A stretch of DNA of 62,674 bases, filler included, from Nitrospirae bacterium CG2_30_53_67 (lineage in GTDB: Bacteria; CG2-30-53-67): NCBI GenBank assembly GCA_001873285.1. It is 5 parts of 5 records of this genome, joined end to end, with 100 filler letters (N's around TTAATTAATTAA, not from the genome) between each part and the next. Parts side by side here need not be neighbours in the genome. Positions count along the whole stretch, not along the records: positions 18,156 to 29,054 come from MNYV01000033.1; positions 29,155 to 41,229 come from MNYV01000028.1; 3 more parts are not named here. One strand, 5' to 3'. A program made the translations under genes and the position numbers. Positions 19,686 through 29,258 of this stretch are shown here, one piece after another; positions within the stretch are counted from its first letter, which is position 1, and each line of letters begins with the position of its first letter. Under the pieces are notes generated by a model. It saw only the letters and a list, made by a program, of their open reading frames with translations. It was not told the DNA's origin and made no database searches.

Positions 19686-20211
19686 TCAGTTTTCGGAGCA
19701 GACCCAGTCCGATCAAACCGGAACAAAAGAGCAATATAGAGGCCGGTTCAGGGACGAAGACTGAACTGTGGGGACTACCCGGCGAGGAGAGAATATCTAT
19801 GGAACCACCGGCATTGCCCATGGGAACCATCTGCCAGGCCCCCCCGCCGCCGCTGCCTGGATAGTAGAGTCCGAAATCCCAGGATTGCACGATCGTTCCG
19901 GTGTTCCAGTCATACCAGGACTCCACGGCATCCAGATACAAGTCGGTCTTCGATCCGGCCCACCACTGCGTAGCAATGATATTCTGAATACCATAATCCC
20001 CTGTGGTAAACCATTGCGCCTCCAAACCCGTGTCGTCTTGCCAGTATGACCACCCGACAGGCAAATCCGCCGAGGCAAAGGGTTGATTGGACCACAGTGT
20101 AACCAGATTCGGTTTTTCATCGGTTACAAATGCCTGGCTCCAATCGGCCTCACCGGGAATGGTCCTCAACATGAAGATGCAGACCATGAATAGGAATAAG
20201 GTGTTTTTCAT
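19663..20211 (-). CDS. PEP-CTERM sorting-domain protein
   Basis: Signal peptide; C-terminal VPEPASILLFCSGLIGLGLLRKLR. Confidence 0.88.
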   Translation of the reverse strand: MKNTLFLFMVCIFMLRTIPGEADWSQAFVTDEKPNLVTLWSNQPFASADLPVGWSYWQDDTGLEAQWFTTGDYGIQNIIATQWWAGSKTDLYLDAVESWYDWNTGTIVQSWDFGLYYPGSGGGGAWQMVPMGNAGGSIDILSSPGSPHSSVFVPEPASILLFCSGLIGLGLLRKLRSGIPRP

Positions 20212-20709
20212 AAATGACTCCCGTGCTTTAAGGGATACCGGCCCTATCACGCTGTCTCGGCACGTCCCTTGAGTTTTTAAACCATTCAAAAACTTATTCA
20301 AAACCGCCAACATCTCTTATCCCCTATGTCTCTCAAGAAATTCAAGTCAATAAGGATGATTTCGTCCATTTATTTCTATTTTAACGATAATTAATCCGTT
20401 TTCTCCCTTTTTTATTATTTTAACATACTTTTTGAAAAAATGTAGCATTATTTTGGATTTTCTTGCGATGAGGATATCAAAACGGTTGGGGCAGAGTGAG
20501 AAGGTGCAAAGGGTCTTGGATAAAATATCAGCACCCTTCAGGATGACATCAAGTAGTTTCCATCTGCATTTCACAGAAGGATGCGTTCTGCCGTGTACAT
20601 ATTTGCAAATACGGCGGCATTCGAGCGCGTCCCCGTATTGAAGAACAGAGCCGCTGCCCCATCTCACCTATATCTGGCGGGGTCAGGATGGGATGCAACG
20701 GAATTGATT

Positions 20710-22584
20710 TCAATATGAGAAGCTGATCCGTACGTCATTGCCGTCCTCACGATTGATCTGCCACAGCACCTTGGGCTGATAATCAAACAGTTTGGCCACA
20801 AACACATCCGGAACCCTTTCGATACGGATATTATAGATATTCACCCCTTCATTGTAGAGCTCTCGGCGGTCGGCAATTTCTTCCTCAAGTTCCGTTATTC
20901 TTGCCTGGATCTGTCCGAAGCTTTTGTCCGCCTTGAGTTCCGGGTACTTTTCCGAAACGGCAAAAAGGGACTTCAGGGCTTCGGTAATCATCCCGTCGGC
21001 CTTGCGTTTTTCTTCCATGGTGTTTGCATTGGACATCATGGCCCTGGCCCGGGTGACTCTCTCCAGGGTGTCGGCCTCGTGTTTCATATACCGCTCGCAG
21101 ACCGAAACCAGTTTAGGGAGTTCGTCGTGCCGCTGTTTCAGGAGCACATTGATATTGCTCCAGGATTTGTCCACGTTGTTCCTGACAACAACCAGCCCGT
21201 TGTAAATAATTCGGTATTTCTTATAGGAGTAATAGACACAGTCGGTCTGGGAGTATGGGGTTTTTAAAAAATATTTCTGTCTTGCCTTACCCTTGACTTC
21301 CACAAGCCCCATGGGCATGGACCGGATCTTGCTGGTCGGACAGTTCTCCAGGGCACGCTTCCGTTTGATCATGATGAATGAATGTATAAAGCCGATCAGT
21401 CCTAAAAAGATGAGTCCTGCGGATAAAAAATGAAACTGCTTTACGGCATAGCACCAGGCTATGGAGCAAAAAAAACCAGCCGTGAGCGGATAGATAAGGA
21501 CCGGAGGCCCCAGCCTCCGGACGTGCCTCCTGTATTGCCGCAGAAACAGCTTGAGGCCGCTCCCCCACGTCCTGATCTCCCCTGTCACCACCTCGATCGG
21601 GGATTCCGGAGGGGACGGTGGAATCCGTGAAGCTTTCCCCGATGGACCGGATGCGCGGCCAGGATCTTCCCAAGGGTCCTCTTTCACCTCCTGACGGCCC
21701 AAGAGAGGGCCGGTCAAAAGCAGTCCATCCAGTTCACCGAGGGCCTGGACCGGAGAGACCGGATCCCGGTCATGGACCGTACGGAACATATCCTGGGTAT
21801 AGGCCAGATAGACGAAACGGGAATAGAGAGCGAACTCATTGAGAAGCCTCTCCGGAGAATCCGAATCCGGTGAATTCAGGAAAGGAAGCTCGCTCTCACC
21901 AAACCCCGCATCCATCACGGCCCTGACTGAAAATTTTCTGATCAGCTTGATCACCTCCGGGAAGTTTTGTGTGATGGATTTCAGGCTGCCTTCCCCGAGT
22001 GAATGAAAATTGAACCGTTGGCTGTCCAGCCGCAGAGGCGTATTGGATCCTGAGATGTAGATATCCATGACCGGATGGTTCTGGAAAATAAACCTCAGCC
22101 GTCTGCTCAAAGGATATTCCACATCCTTTCCCACGACAAGCCTTGCGATCTGTTTTTTCTTGAGCTCTCCGGGTTTCATGGTCGTAAGAACAAGAATCGT
22201 TTCCTGAGTTCGGTCGAGCGAGGTTATTTCCCCTCCTCCCGGCGCCATAAAGCGCAATCTCTCCAGGCCTGCCTCAAGATCTGCTGCCCGGATGCTCCGT
22301 GCTCCCTTTTGAAGCTCCCTTTTGCTGATCACACAGCACGGGAAACCCTCGGCTTTTAAACTTCCCGATAAATGCTCAAGGATGTCCGCATCCTGTCCTG
22401 ACAAAAGGACCTGGAGGGCCTCGCCCGTAAATTTTTGCCGTATGGTCGCTTTGTCCAGACCGGTAAGTTCTGAAAGGGGCGCAAGATAGGGATCGATCTT
22501 ATGAGGATCCGTAGAAAAAGGGCGGATGACCAGGTAGTGGTGGGTGCTCTGCTCTATGGACCTAACCGTCTCGGATGCACGCAT
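20710..22584 (-). CDS. Chimeric protein: unknown N-terminal domain, 2 TM, partial GIDE-like domain, LemA
   Basis: PTSKIRSMPMGLVEVKG..TPYSQTDCVYY joins IIYNGLV..NVDKSWSNINVLLKQRHDELPKL..E.YPELKAD..LEEEIADRRELYN (LemA). Confidence 0.75.
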   Translation of the reverse strand: MRASETVRSIEQSTHHYLVIRPFSTDPHKIDPYLAPLSELTGLDKATIRQKFTGEALQVLLSGQDADILEHLSGSLKAEGFPCCVISKRELQKGARSIRAADLEAGLERLRFMAPGGGEITSLDRTQETILVLTTMKPGELKKKQIARLVVGKDVEYPLSRRLRFIFQNHPVMDIYISGSNTPLRLDSQRFNFHSLGEGSLKSITQNFPEVIKLIRKFSVRAVMDAGFGESELPFLNSPDSDSPERLLNEFALYSRFVYLAYTQDMFRTVHDRDPVSPVQALGELDGLLLTGPLLGRQEVKEDPWEDPGRASGPSGKASRIPPSPPESPIEVVTGEIRTWGSGLKLFLRQYRRHVRRLGPPVLIYPLTAGFFCSIAWCYAVKQFHFLSAGLIFLGLIGFIHSFIMIKRKRALENCPTSKIRSMPMGLVEVKGKARQKYFLKTPYSQTDCVYYSYKKYRIIYNGLVVVRNNVDKSWSNINVLLKQRHDELPKLVSVCERYMKHEADTLERVTRARAMMSNANTMEEKRKADGMITEALKSLFAVSEKYPELKADKSFGQIQARITELEEEIADRRELYNEGVNIYNIRIERVPDVFVAKLFDYQPKVLWQINREDGNDVRISFSY

Positions 22585-22597
22585 GGATTACCCCTGA

Positions 22598-22735
22598 TTA
22601 ACAAGGCCCCTGCCGGATGAAAACACAGGTCGAAAGATCAATATACCCGCATGCCAGGAACCCCTTGGAGCCCTTGACGATCAGGAGGGGGAGCGCCAGT
22701 TCAATGCGTTCCTTTGAAAGACCGGTCCAGTCCAC
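22598..22735 (-). pseudogene. Truncated YunC/DUF1805-like gene
   Basis: MDWTGLSKERIELALPLLIVKGSKGFLACGYIDLSTC, stop after 45 aa. Confidence 0.6.
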
Positions 22736-22875
22736 TGCATGGCCCTTCTTAGTCCCCGACGATCCTCTCGGCAAGTCACCCTATTTTACGAATAGGGCCG
22801 CTTAACCGATGATACAAAGCCTCGGCACTCAATCAAAAAGACGATACGGCTGAAGAAAACAGGGGGCGGATGTCC

Positions 22876-23604
22876 CTACTGATCGGATACGTCTCGATCC
22901 AGGGCTTCCTGAAAAGCCCGGTTTGCATCCTGGATATATCTCTCCCTGGGAAGGAGCACACGGCTGACGATATCGAGGGTTCCGGATGCCATCCTGCCGT
23001 CCCTGATCAGCTGGCGCCCTGCCTCTTTGGCCGCATCAAGGATGTCCTGCACCGGTTCGCCTATCTTCAGCATCACCCGAAACGCCTCGCCGTGCGGCCG
23101 GAGAAGCGCCCCTGCAAACTCAAGCCCTGCATTCCGGCAAAACGCCTTCATGTGGGCCAGCATGGGATCAAAATTGTCCTTTTCCCAGAGCCCGCAATTG
23201 GAGACGAGCGCCAGCTTGCCGGCCGTGTTTCCGTCCCTTCTCGGATGGCGGGAGTGATTGTCGCACAGCTCAAAATAAGGCTGTACCATCGGAAGCATCC
23301 GGTCCATCAGGTTCTTCACCGGTCCGGGAACACCGTCGCAATAGACGGGCACAGCAAACACCCAGATATCTGCGGCGCTCAGTTTGGGAAGGAGCATCGC
23401 CATATCATCCTCCTGGAGGCACTCCCCCGGCGTGCTGAACCAACAGTTAAACTCCGCGAGACAGGGGTTGATCTTCAGTTTCCGTGTATAGACCAGTTCA
23501 ACCTTGGCGCCGGCCTCTTCCATGCCATCGAGGAATGGAACAAGGATGAGGGCGGTGTTTCCCACACCCATCTTCGGGCTGCCGTTGATTGCAATGACGT
23601 TCAT
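22876..23604 (-). CDS. Flavodoxin-family (iron-sulfur flavoprotein-like) protein
   Basis: IAINGSPK..GNT, INPCLAEFNCW..GECLQEDDM, PVY..PGPVKNLMDR. Confidence 0.88.
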   Translation of the reverse strand: MNVIAINGSPKMGVGNTALILVPFLDGMEEAGAKVELVYTRKLKINPCLAEFNCWFSTPGECLQEDDMAMLLPKLSAADIWVFAVPVYCDGVPGPVKNLMDRMLPMVQPYFELCDNHSRHPRRDGNTAGKLALVSNCGLWEKDNFDPMLAHMKAFCRNAGLEFAGALLRPHGEAFRVMLKIGEPVQDILDAAKEAGRQLIRDGRMASGTLDIVSRVLLPRERYIQDANRAFQEALDRDVSDQ

Positions 23605-23904
23605 AGCTGCCTGATCATTTCAGATGTTGGCCGGTTCGAGCACAGCCGGTCGGAACGTTCCAATACCGGACATTCACGCGGGACATCGGCATTGCATAAG
23701 AGGATGCGTCTTCATACTCCATCTTAAAGGAACGGGCCGAACGGCTCCACCCTCTATAGGAAAAATACCAACTAATTCATACCCTGTCAACTGCTTTGTA
23801 AAACTGCACAAAATCCCTTGGAATGCGGCATTAAATTGGTATATGATCATATTATATTTTAAAGCCCTCAATTGCGGCTAAAAACCCGCTGATGGTTATC
23901 TCAT

Positions 23905-24822
23905 ATGAATAAGATCATGTATCGTACGGCCCTGACCGCCAGTCTGATGATAGGCGCTCAAGTGATGATGATTCTGCTGAGGGGAGAATCCGCCTGCCTG
24001 AACCAGGGTTGCAAGGTGGTTGAAGGCCTGATGACCCTTTCCCCCCTTCTGTTCAACCTGGCGGGGCTGGTTTACTTTCAGCTTCTATTCTGGATCTTGT
24101 TCCGGACGAGGTTCAGGCCTCAGGCCGCCATGGAATGGATTTCGATCCTGCTTCTTGCCGGTCTTTCGGTGGAAGGGGTGCTCCTCTCTTATCAGATCTT
24201 TGTGGCCCGGGCCTTCTGCTCCTACTGTATCCTGCTTTTTCTGATGGTCCTGCTGATGAACGCCTTGGCCGGACGGCAGCAGCTCTTCAAGGGAGCGGCG
24301 GTTGTCGTTGCCGTCATCTCGATATTCTCCCTGCTCAGCTTCGGCCCCTCGATGGTTTTGTCCCGGTATCAATCCCTGGATTCAGGGACATTTGCCGTAA
24401 AGACCTGTTCCTCGCCGGTCAAGAAACTCTATCTGATCTTCTCTTCAGAGTGCCCCCATTGCCGGAACGTGATCAAGGCGCTGGAGAACTGCAACAGCTG
24501 CGATTTTCATTTTAATCCGGTTGACCGGATAAAAACTCTGGATCTTCCTGACCTGGAACGCAGGGCATCCTATTCCGCAGAGTTCAACCGTCTCGTCCTT
24601 TCACTCATGGGCATCAAGGAGGTGCCTGTGGTGATTGCAAAAAATCCGGACGGCTTTTCCATTATCAAAGGGGAGACGAACATTATCCAATATATCGAGG
24701 AAGCCTGTTTTCAAAAGGCCCCGCTTTCGTATATAAACCCGTCATGGTCCCCTGGTCAGGAAGAGATGAAATCGTCCGAAGATGAGAATGGTCTCTGCGG
24801 TGAGGGCTCGGAATGTCATTGA
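23905..24822 (+). CDS. VKOR-like membrane domain fused to a thioredoxin-like domain
   Basis: Loop cysteines CLNQGC, TM CSYC, soluble CPHC followed by VP. Confidence 0.75.
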   Translation: MNKIMYRTALTASLMIGAQVMMILLRGESACLNQGCKVVEGLMTLSPLLFNLAGLVYFQLLFWILFRTRFRPQAAMEWISILLLAGLSVEGVLLSYQIFVARAFCSYCILLFLMVLLMNALAGRQQLFKGAAVVVAVISIFSLLSFGPSMVLSRYQSLDSGTFAVKTCSSPVKKLYLIFSSECPHCRNVIKALENCNSCDFHFNPVDRIKTLDLPDLERRASYSAEFNRLVLSLMGIKEVPVVIAKNPDGFSIIKGETNIIQYIEEACFQKAPLSYINPSWSPGQEEMKSSEDENGLCGEGSECH

Positions 24823-24981
24823 ATAGCGGGAAGTTTTTAGAAAGTTAAACCCATGGCCGCCGTGCCGGGAAACATTCTCTATATGCTATACCATGATAGG
24901 GTGCAGCTTTAAATCCCTTGATTTTCAAGGGGGAATTTGTTAGTTTGTCTCATAATTTAAACCAAAGGGGATGCACGATCT

Positions 24982-25629
24982 ATGATTGACCTTCATACCC
25001 ATACGCTTCTGAGTGACGGCGCGCTCCTCCCTTCTGAGCTGGCCCGCCGGGCCGAGGTGATCGGTTACAAGGTCATGGCCTTCACCGACCATGTGGATCA
25101 TTCGAACCTGGACTATGTCGTTACGAGCATCCTCATGGTCTGTAAGGTGATCAACGCCAGGGGCGGGCTTCGTGTCATCCCGGGCGTGGAGATCACCCAC
25201 GTCTCTCCGGCTCAGTTCGGGGACCTGGCGGCGAGGGCCAGGGCGCTGGGCGCTAAAATCGTGGTGGCCCACGGGGAGACCCTGGTGGAGCCGGTGGCCC
25301 CCGGGACCAACCGTGCGGCCATAGAGGCCGGGGTGGATATCCTGGCGCATCCGGGCCTGATCTCCGAGGAAGAGGTGGAACTGGCCATGGAACGGAGGGT
25401 TCTCCTCGAGATCACCACGAGAAAGGGACACTCGCTTTCCAACGGCCACGTGGCCAGGCTGGCTATGAAGCTGAAGGCCGGGCTTGTCATCAATACGGAT
25501 ACGCATGATCCCCAGGATTTGGTGGAAAGATCCATGGCCGAGAGGATATTGATGGGGGCCGGCCTCACCCCGGATACGGTGCATGCCGTTTTTAAAAATT
25601 CCGAGGCGCTGGTCCAAAGACTGAAATAA
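24982..25629 (+). CDS. PHP-domain phosphoesterase (histidinol-phosphatase-like)
   Basis: DLHTHT..SDG, TDH, GVEITH, AHPG, NTDTH. Confidence 0.88.
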   Translation: MIDLHTHTLLSDGALLPSELARRAEVIGYKVMAFTDHVDHSNLDYVVTSILMVCKVINARGGLRVIPGVEITHVSPAQFGDLAARARALGAKIVVAHGETLVEPVAPGTNRAAIEAGVDILAHPGLISEEEVELAMERRVLLEITTRKGHSLSNGHVARLAMKLKAGLVINTDTHDPQDLVERSMAERILMGAGLTPDTVHAVFKNSEALVQRLK

Positions 25630-25650
25630 ACAAATAAGGGAGAAAAAAGA

Positions 25651-26307
25651 ATGTCCAAAGATAAAAAACTGCAGGAACCGGACGAGTTTCTTGTATCCCT
25701 GCGGCGGATCTACCAGTACACCCTGGAGAACATCAAGTTCATCTCACTGATCATCGGCGGGATCACGGCCGGGGTGTTGATCATCATCCTGGTTTTGTAT
25801 CAGGTCAAGACGCAGAGGGAGAAAGAGAGCCTGCTTTCGACCCAGGCGATCACCGCCTATCATGAGGGGCGCATCCAGGATGCCCTGAGCTCTCTGAAAG
25901 GCCTTTCCGGAAGCCAGGGTGTTTCCGGGGCTATAATCGAACTGTACCAGGGGAACATCCTCTATGGAGAAGGTCAATATGAGGATGCCCTGAAACATTT
26001 CAAGAAGGCTCAGGACCTCGCCGAAGGAAAGAAACTTGAAACCATACGGGGGCTTGCCTCCCAAGGCCTCGCCTATACCGAGATGGCGCTGAAGGACTAT
26101 GGCAAGGCCGAAGAGGCCTTCAAAGGGATGGGTGCGCACTTTCAAGATCTCTCCCTCCTGGAGTTGAGCCGGCTCTATGCTTCAAAGGGAGAGAGCAGCA
26201 AGGCCAAGCATCTCCTCGATGAGATGATCAATTCCTTTCCGGAATCCCCCTGGGTCCCCGCCGCCAAGGCATTGAAGGACCAGGAAACGGGCAAATCATC
26301 CGGTTGA
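25651..26307 (+). CDS. Membrane-anchored TPR protein (YfgM-like)
   Basis: QEPDEF N-terminus, single TM, TPR helices, ending FPESPW. Confidence 0.75.
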   Translation: MSKDKKLQEPDEFLVSLRRIYQYTLENIKFISLIIGGITAGVLIIILVLYQVKTQREKESLLSTQAITAYHEGRIQDALSSLKGLSGSQGVSGAIIELYQGNILYGEGQYEDALKHFKKAQDLAEGKKLETIRGLASQGLAYTEMALKDYGKAEEAFKGMGAHFQDLSLLELSRLYASKGESSKAKHLLDEMINSFPESPWVPAAKALKDQETGKSSG

Positions 26308-26332
26308 TCCCATTGGAATCGAGGACCCATGC

Positions 26333-27298
26333 ATGGACCGCATAGGCGTTTTGGATCTGGGCACCAACACCTTCCGTCTTCTCATCGCCGGTCGGACGGC
26401 GAATCATCCTCTTGAAAGAAATCTGATGGACCGGCGGGTTGTCCGCATCGGGGAAGGGTTTGTCCGGAGCATGAGGATCTCTATTCCTTCGGTGAAGCGG
26501 GGAATTAAGGTCTTGAAGGAATTTGCTTCACAGCTTAAGCGCCATGGTGTGGACCGGGTTCTATCCGTGGCCACAGGGGTTTTTCGAGAGGCTGGAAATG
26601 CAGCCGAAGTCATAGAGGAAATCGAAGCCTCATGCAGGTTCCCGATCCGGGTCCTCACGGCATCCGAGGAAGGAACCTACACCCTGAAGGGTGTCCGGGC
26701 TGGGATGAACCTGAGCGGGACCCGTGAAGCCCTGATCGTGGATATCGGCGGAGGAAGCACGGAGTTTGTCCGGACCGGCCCGTCAGGCAAGGACCGGGTC
26801 CTAAGCATTCCTGCCGGCGCGGTCTATCTGAAAGAAAGATTTGAACCTTCAGCATCCTCTGAACCGAAAGCGTTTTCCGCCATGCAGCAATGGATCGAGA
26901 ATACGCTGGAAGGCGTTCTTTCGAATGTCTCGGATTCCGATGCCATGACCTGCATCGGCACAGGAGGTTCGATCACAACCTTGTCCTACATGGTCATGGG
27001 ACTCCGACGATATGACCCGGCCAGGATCCACGGCGCCCTGCTGACCCTCGATGAGGTGGATCGTCTTTTGGCAGAGGTCAGGACGGGATCATGCCGGATG
27101 ATTCAAGAGCGTTTTCATCTTGAGACTGGGAGAGCGGATCTGGTCCTCTATGGAGGGGCCCTGACTCAAGGGATATTGAGGAGATTGCCGAGCCGGTCTT
27201 TGACGGTCAGTGACTACGGCCTTCTGGAAGGCCTGGCATTGGAGATGCTGGAAGACCGGAAGGGAGATGCCGCGCCCGGAGACACAGGCAGAGACTGA
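26333..27298 (+). CDS. Ppx/GppA-family phosphatase
   Basis: LDLGTNT, ATGVFREAGN, VDIGGGSTE, GLLEG. Confidence 0.9.
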   Translation: MDRIGVLDLGTNTFRLLIAGRTANHPLERNLMDRRVVRIGEGFVRSMRISIPSVKRGIKVLKEFASQLKRHGVDRVLSVATGVFREAGNAAEVIEEIEASCRFPIRVLTASEEGTYTLKGVRAGMNLSGTREALIVDIGGGSTEFVRTGPSGKDRVLSIPAGAVYLKERFEPSASSEPKAFSAMQQWIENTLEGVLSNVSDSDAMTCIGTGGSITTLSYMVMGLRRYDPARIHGALLTLDEVDRLLAEVRTGSCRMIQERFHLETGRADLVLYGGALTQGILRRLPSRSLTVSDYGLLEGLALEMLEDRKGDAAPGDTGRD

Positions 27299-27315
27299 GC
27301 CGGAACAGGAACTTT

Positions 27316-28005
27316 TCATGTGTAGATCTGACCGTCCACCATGTGCACAATGCGGTCGCTCTTTCCGGCCAGATGCTCGTTATGGGTAACGATGACAAAG
27401 GTGACTTTTTTCCTCCGGTTGAGATCGCGCAGCATCTCATGTACCGACTCTCCGGTGGCGGTATCCAGGTTGCCGGTGGGCTCATCCGCAAAAACGATTT
27501 TCGGATTCATGCAGAGGGCCCTGGCCACGGCCACGCGCTGCTGTTCTCCGCCGGACAGCTCTCCGGGCTTGTGGTCGGTGCGGTCTGCAAGCCCCACGTC
27601 GGAGAGAAGCTCTATCCCCCGTTCCATGCATTGATGCCGGGGTTCTCCTGCGATCAGAAGAGGCATGATCACATTTTCCAGAGCGGTAAATTCAGGGAGG
27701 AGATGGTGGAACTGGAAGACAAAACCGATGACCCGGTTACGGAAATCGGCAAGTTTGTCGTCATTCAGGGAGAAGACATCGGTTCCTTCATACAGGACCT
27801 TACCGCCGCTGGGATGCTCCAGGGTCCCTAATATATGAAGGAAGGTGCTTTTCCCCACACCCGAGGCCCCGCAAATGGCCATCATTTCACCCGCGCGAAT
27901 CCTGATGTTGATCCCCTTCAGCACGCCCAGAGATTCGGGGCCGGCCCGGAAGGATTTTCTTAGATCCGTTACTTCTACAAGGATATGGTTATTGTCTGTT
28001 GTCAT
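27316..28005 (-). CDS. lolD: ABC ATP-binding protein, LolD-like
   Basis: GASGVGKST, FVFQFHHLLPEF, ELSGGEQQRVA, ADEPTGNLD. Confidence 0.85.
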   Translation of the reverse strand: MTTDNNHILVEVTDLRKSFRAGPESLGVLKGINIRIRAGEMMAICGASGVGKSTFLHILGTLEHPSGGKVLYEGTDVFSLNDDKLADFRNRVIGFVFQFHHLLPEFTALENVIMPLLIAGEPRHQCMERGIELLSDVGLADRTDHKPGELSGGEQQRVAVARALCMNPKIVFADEPTGNLDTATGESVHEMLRDLNRRKKVTFVIVTHNEHLAGKSDRIVHMVDGQIYT

Positions 28006-28066
28006 AGCCTCTTTCTCGATCCTTTTTTTATCACAGGGCGACTGCGAAGTAAAGGGAAGAATCAAC

Positions 28067-28933
28067 ATGGACGATCTGGCCGTGAATCTCAGGAAGCACG
28101 TGATGGAACTCTCGGAGCGCATTGGGGAAAGAAATGCCGTGCGCTATGAGTCATTGAACAAGGCCGCGGACTATATAGAACAGCGCTTCAAGGCATTCGG
28201 ATTTGAGCCTGCGAGTCAATTCTACGTTCTGGAGGGGAGGAGGTACAGGAACATCTATGTTACAGTCCCAGGGAAGCGTGCGCCGGAAGAGATCATCGTG
28301 ATCGGCGCCCATTATGACACGGTCTTCGGGACCCCCGGAGCGGATGACAATGCCAGCGGGGTCGCCGGCCTCCTGGAACTCTCAAGACTCTTTGCAGGCG
28401 AATCCCAGGGGCGGACCATCCGGTTTGCAGCCTTCACTAATGAAGAACCCCCTTTTTTCCGTACCGGGAGCATGGGGAGCCGGGTCTATGCCAGGGAGGC
28501 CAGGGCAAAGGGGGAGAACATTCTCGCCATGCTCTGCCTGGAGATGATTGGATATTTCTCCCCGGACAAGGGAGCGCAGGGGTATCCGCTTCCTCTGATG
28601 AAGGCCTTCTACCCGAAGACAGCCGACTTCATCGCTGTGGTGGGAAATCTCGGATCTCGGTCCCTGGTGAACCGTGTGGCAGAGAGTTTGAAGAGCCGGC
28701 CCGGGCTCGGCGTGGAGTCCCTTTCCACATTCGAATGGGTTCCGGGCGTGGATTTCTCGGATCACTATTCCTTTTATCAAGAGGGCTATCGCGCCGTCAT
28801 GATCACGGACACGGCCTTTTACCGGAACGCCAACTACCATAGGCACACGGATACGCCCGACACACTCGATTATGCCTCCATGTCGGAGGTTGTTAGCGGG
28901 CTGCGTCAGAGCATCCTCGACCTTGCTCGATAA
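28067..28933 (+). CDS. M28-family peptidase
   Basis: GAHYD, GADDNASG, NEE, LEMIG, SDH, YH. Confidence 0.9.
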   Translation: MDDLAVNLRKHVMELSERIGERNAVRYESLNKAADYIEQRFKAFGFEPASQFYVLEGRRYRNIYVTVPGKRAPEEIIVIGAHYDTVFGTPGADDNASGVAGLLELSRLFAGESQGRTIRFAAFTNEEPPFFRTGSMGSRVYAREARAKGENILAMLCLEMIGYFSPDKGAQGYPLPLMKAFYPKTADFIAVVGNLGSRSLVNRVAESLKSRPGLGVESLSTFEWVPGVDFSDHYSFYQEGYRAVMITDTAFYRNANYHRHTDTPDTLDYASMSEVVSGLRQSILDLAR

Positions 28934-29054
28934 GATGAAGAAAATCAGGGGCTCGGACCGCTCAGTCTGTTCGAATCATCACAGGATTTCCGGAAGGACA
29001 CGGCCAAGGGCTGATCTCATATCTTTTAGTTCCGGGTACTTCCTCAGATTTTCC

Positions 29055-29154
29055 NNNNNNNNNNNNNNNNNNNNNNNNNNNNNNNNNNNNNNNNNNNNTT
29101 AATTAATTAANNNNNNNNNNNNNNNNNNNNNNNNNNNNNNNNNNNNNNNNNNNN
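29055..29154. other. Assembly linker
   Basis: N run with TTAATTAATTAA. Confidence 0.97.
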
Positions 29155-29258
29155 CGGTATGCCGTCAAGGCGAAGAGGCTCCGTTATGACGTGCCTGAGG
29201 ACTATCTGGAGTCTCTCCGTCGGCGGGGCAACGATCCAGGGGAATAAATGAAATTAAT

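Noticed and set aside
27845..28122. Apparent overlap of the lolD and M28 peptidase ORFs
   Set aside because: Resolved by downstream starts at 28005 (-) and 28067 (+); the genes are divergent.
28978..29248. Gene fragments at contig ends (ENLRKYPELKDMRSALGRVLPEIL*; RYAVKAKRLRYDVPEDYLESLRR..*)
   Set aside because: Too short to assign a product.
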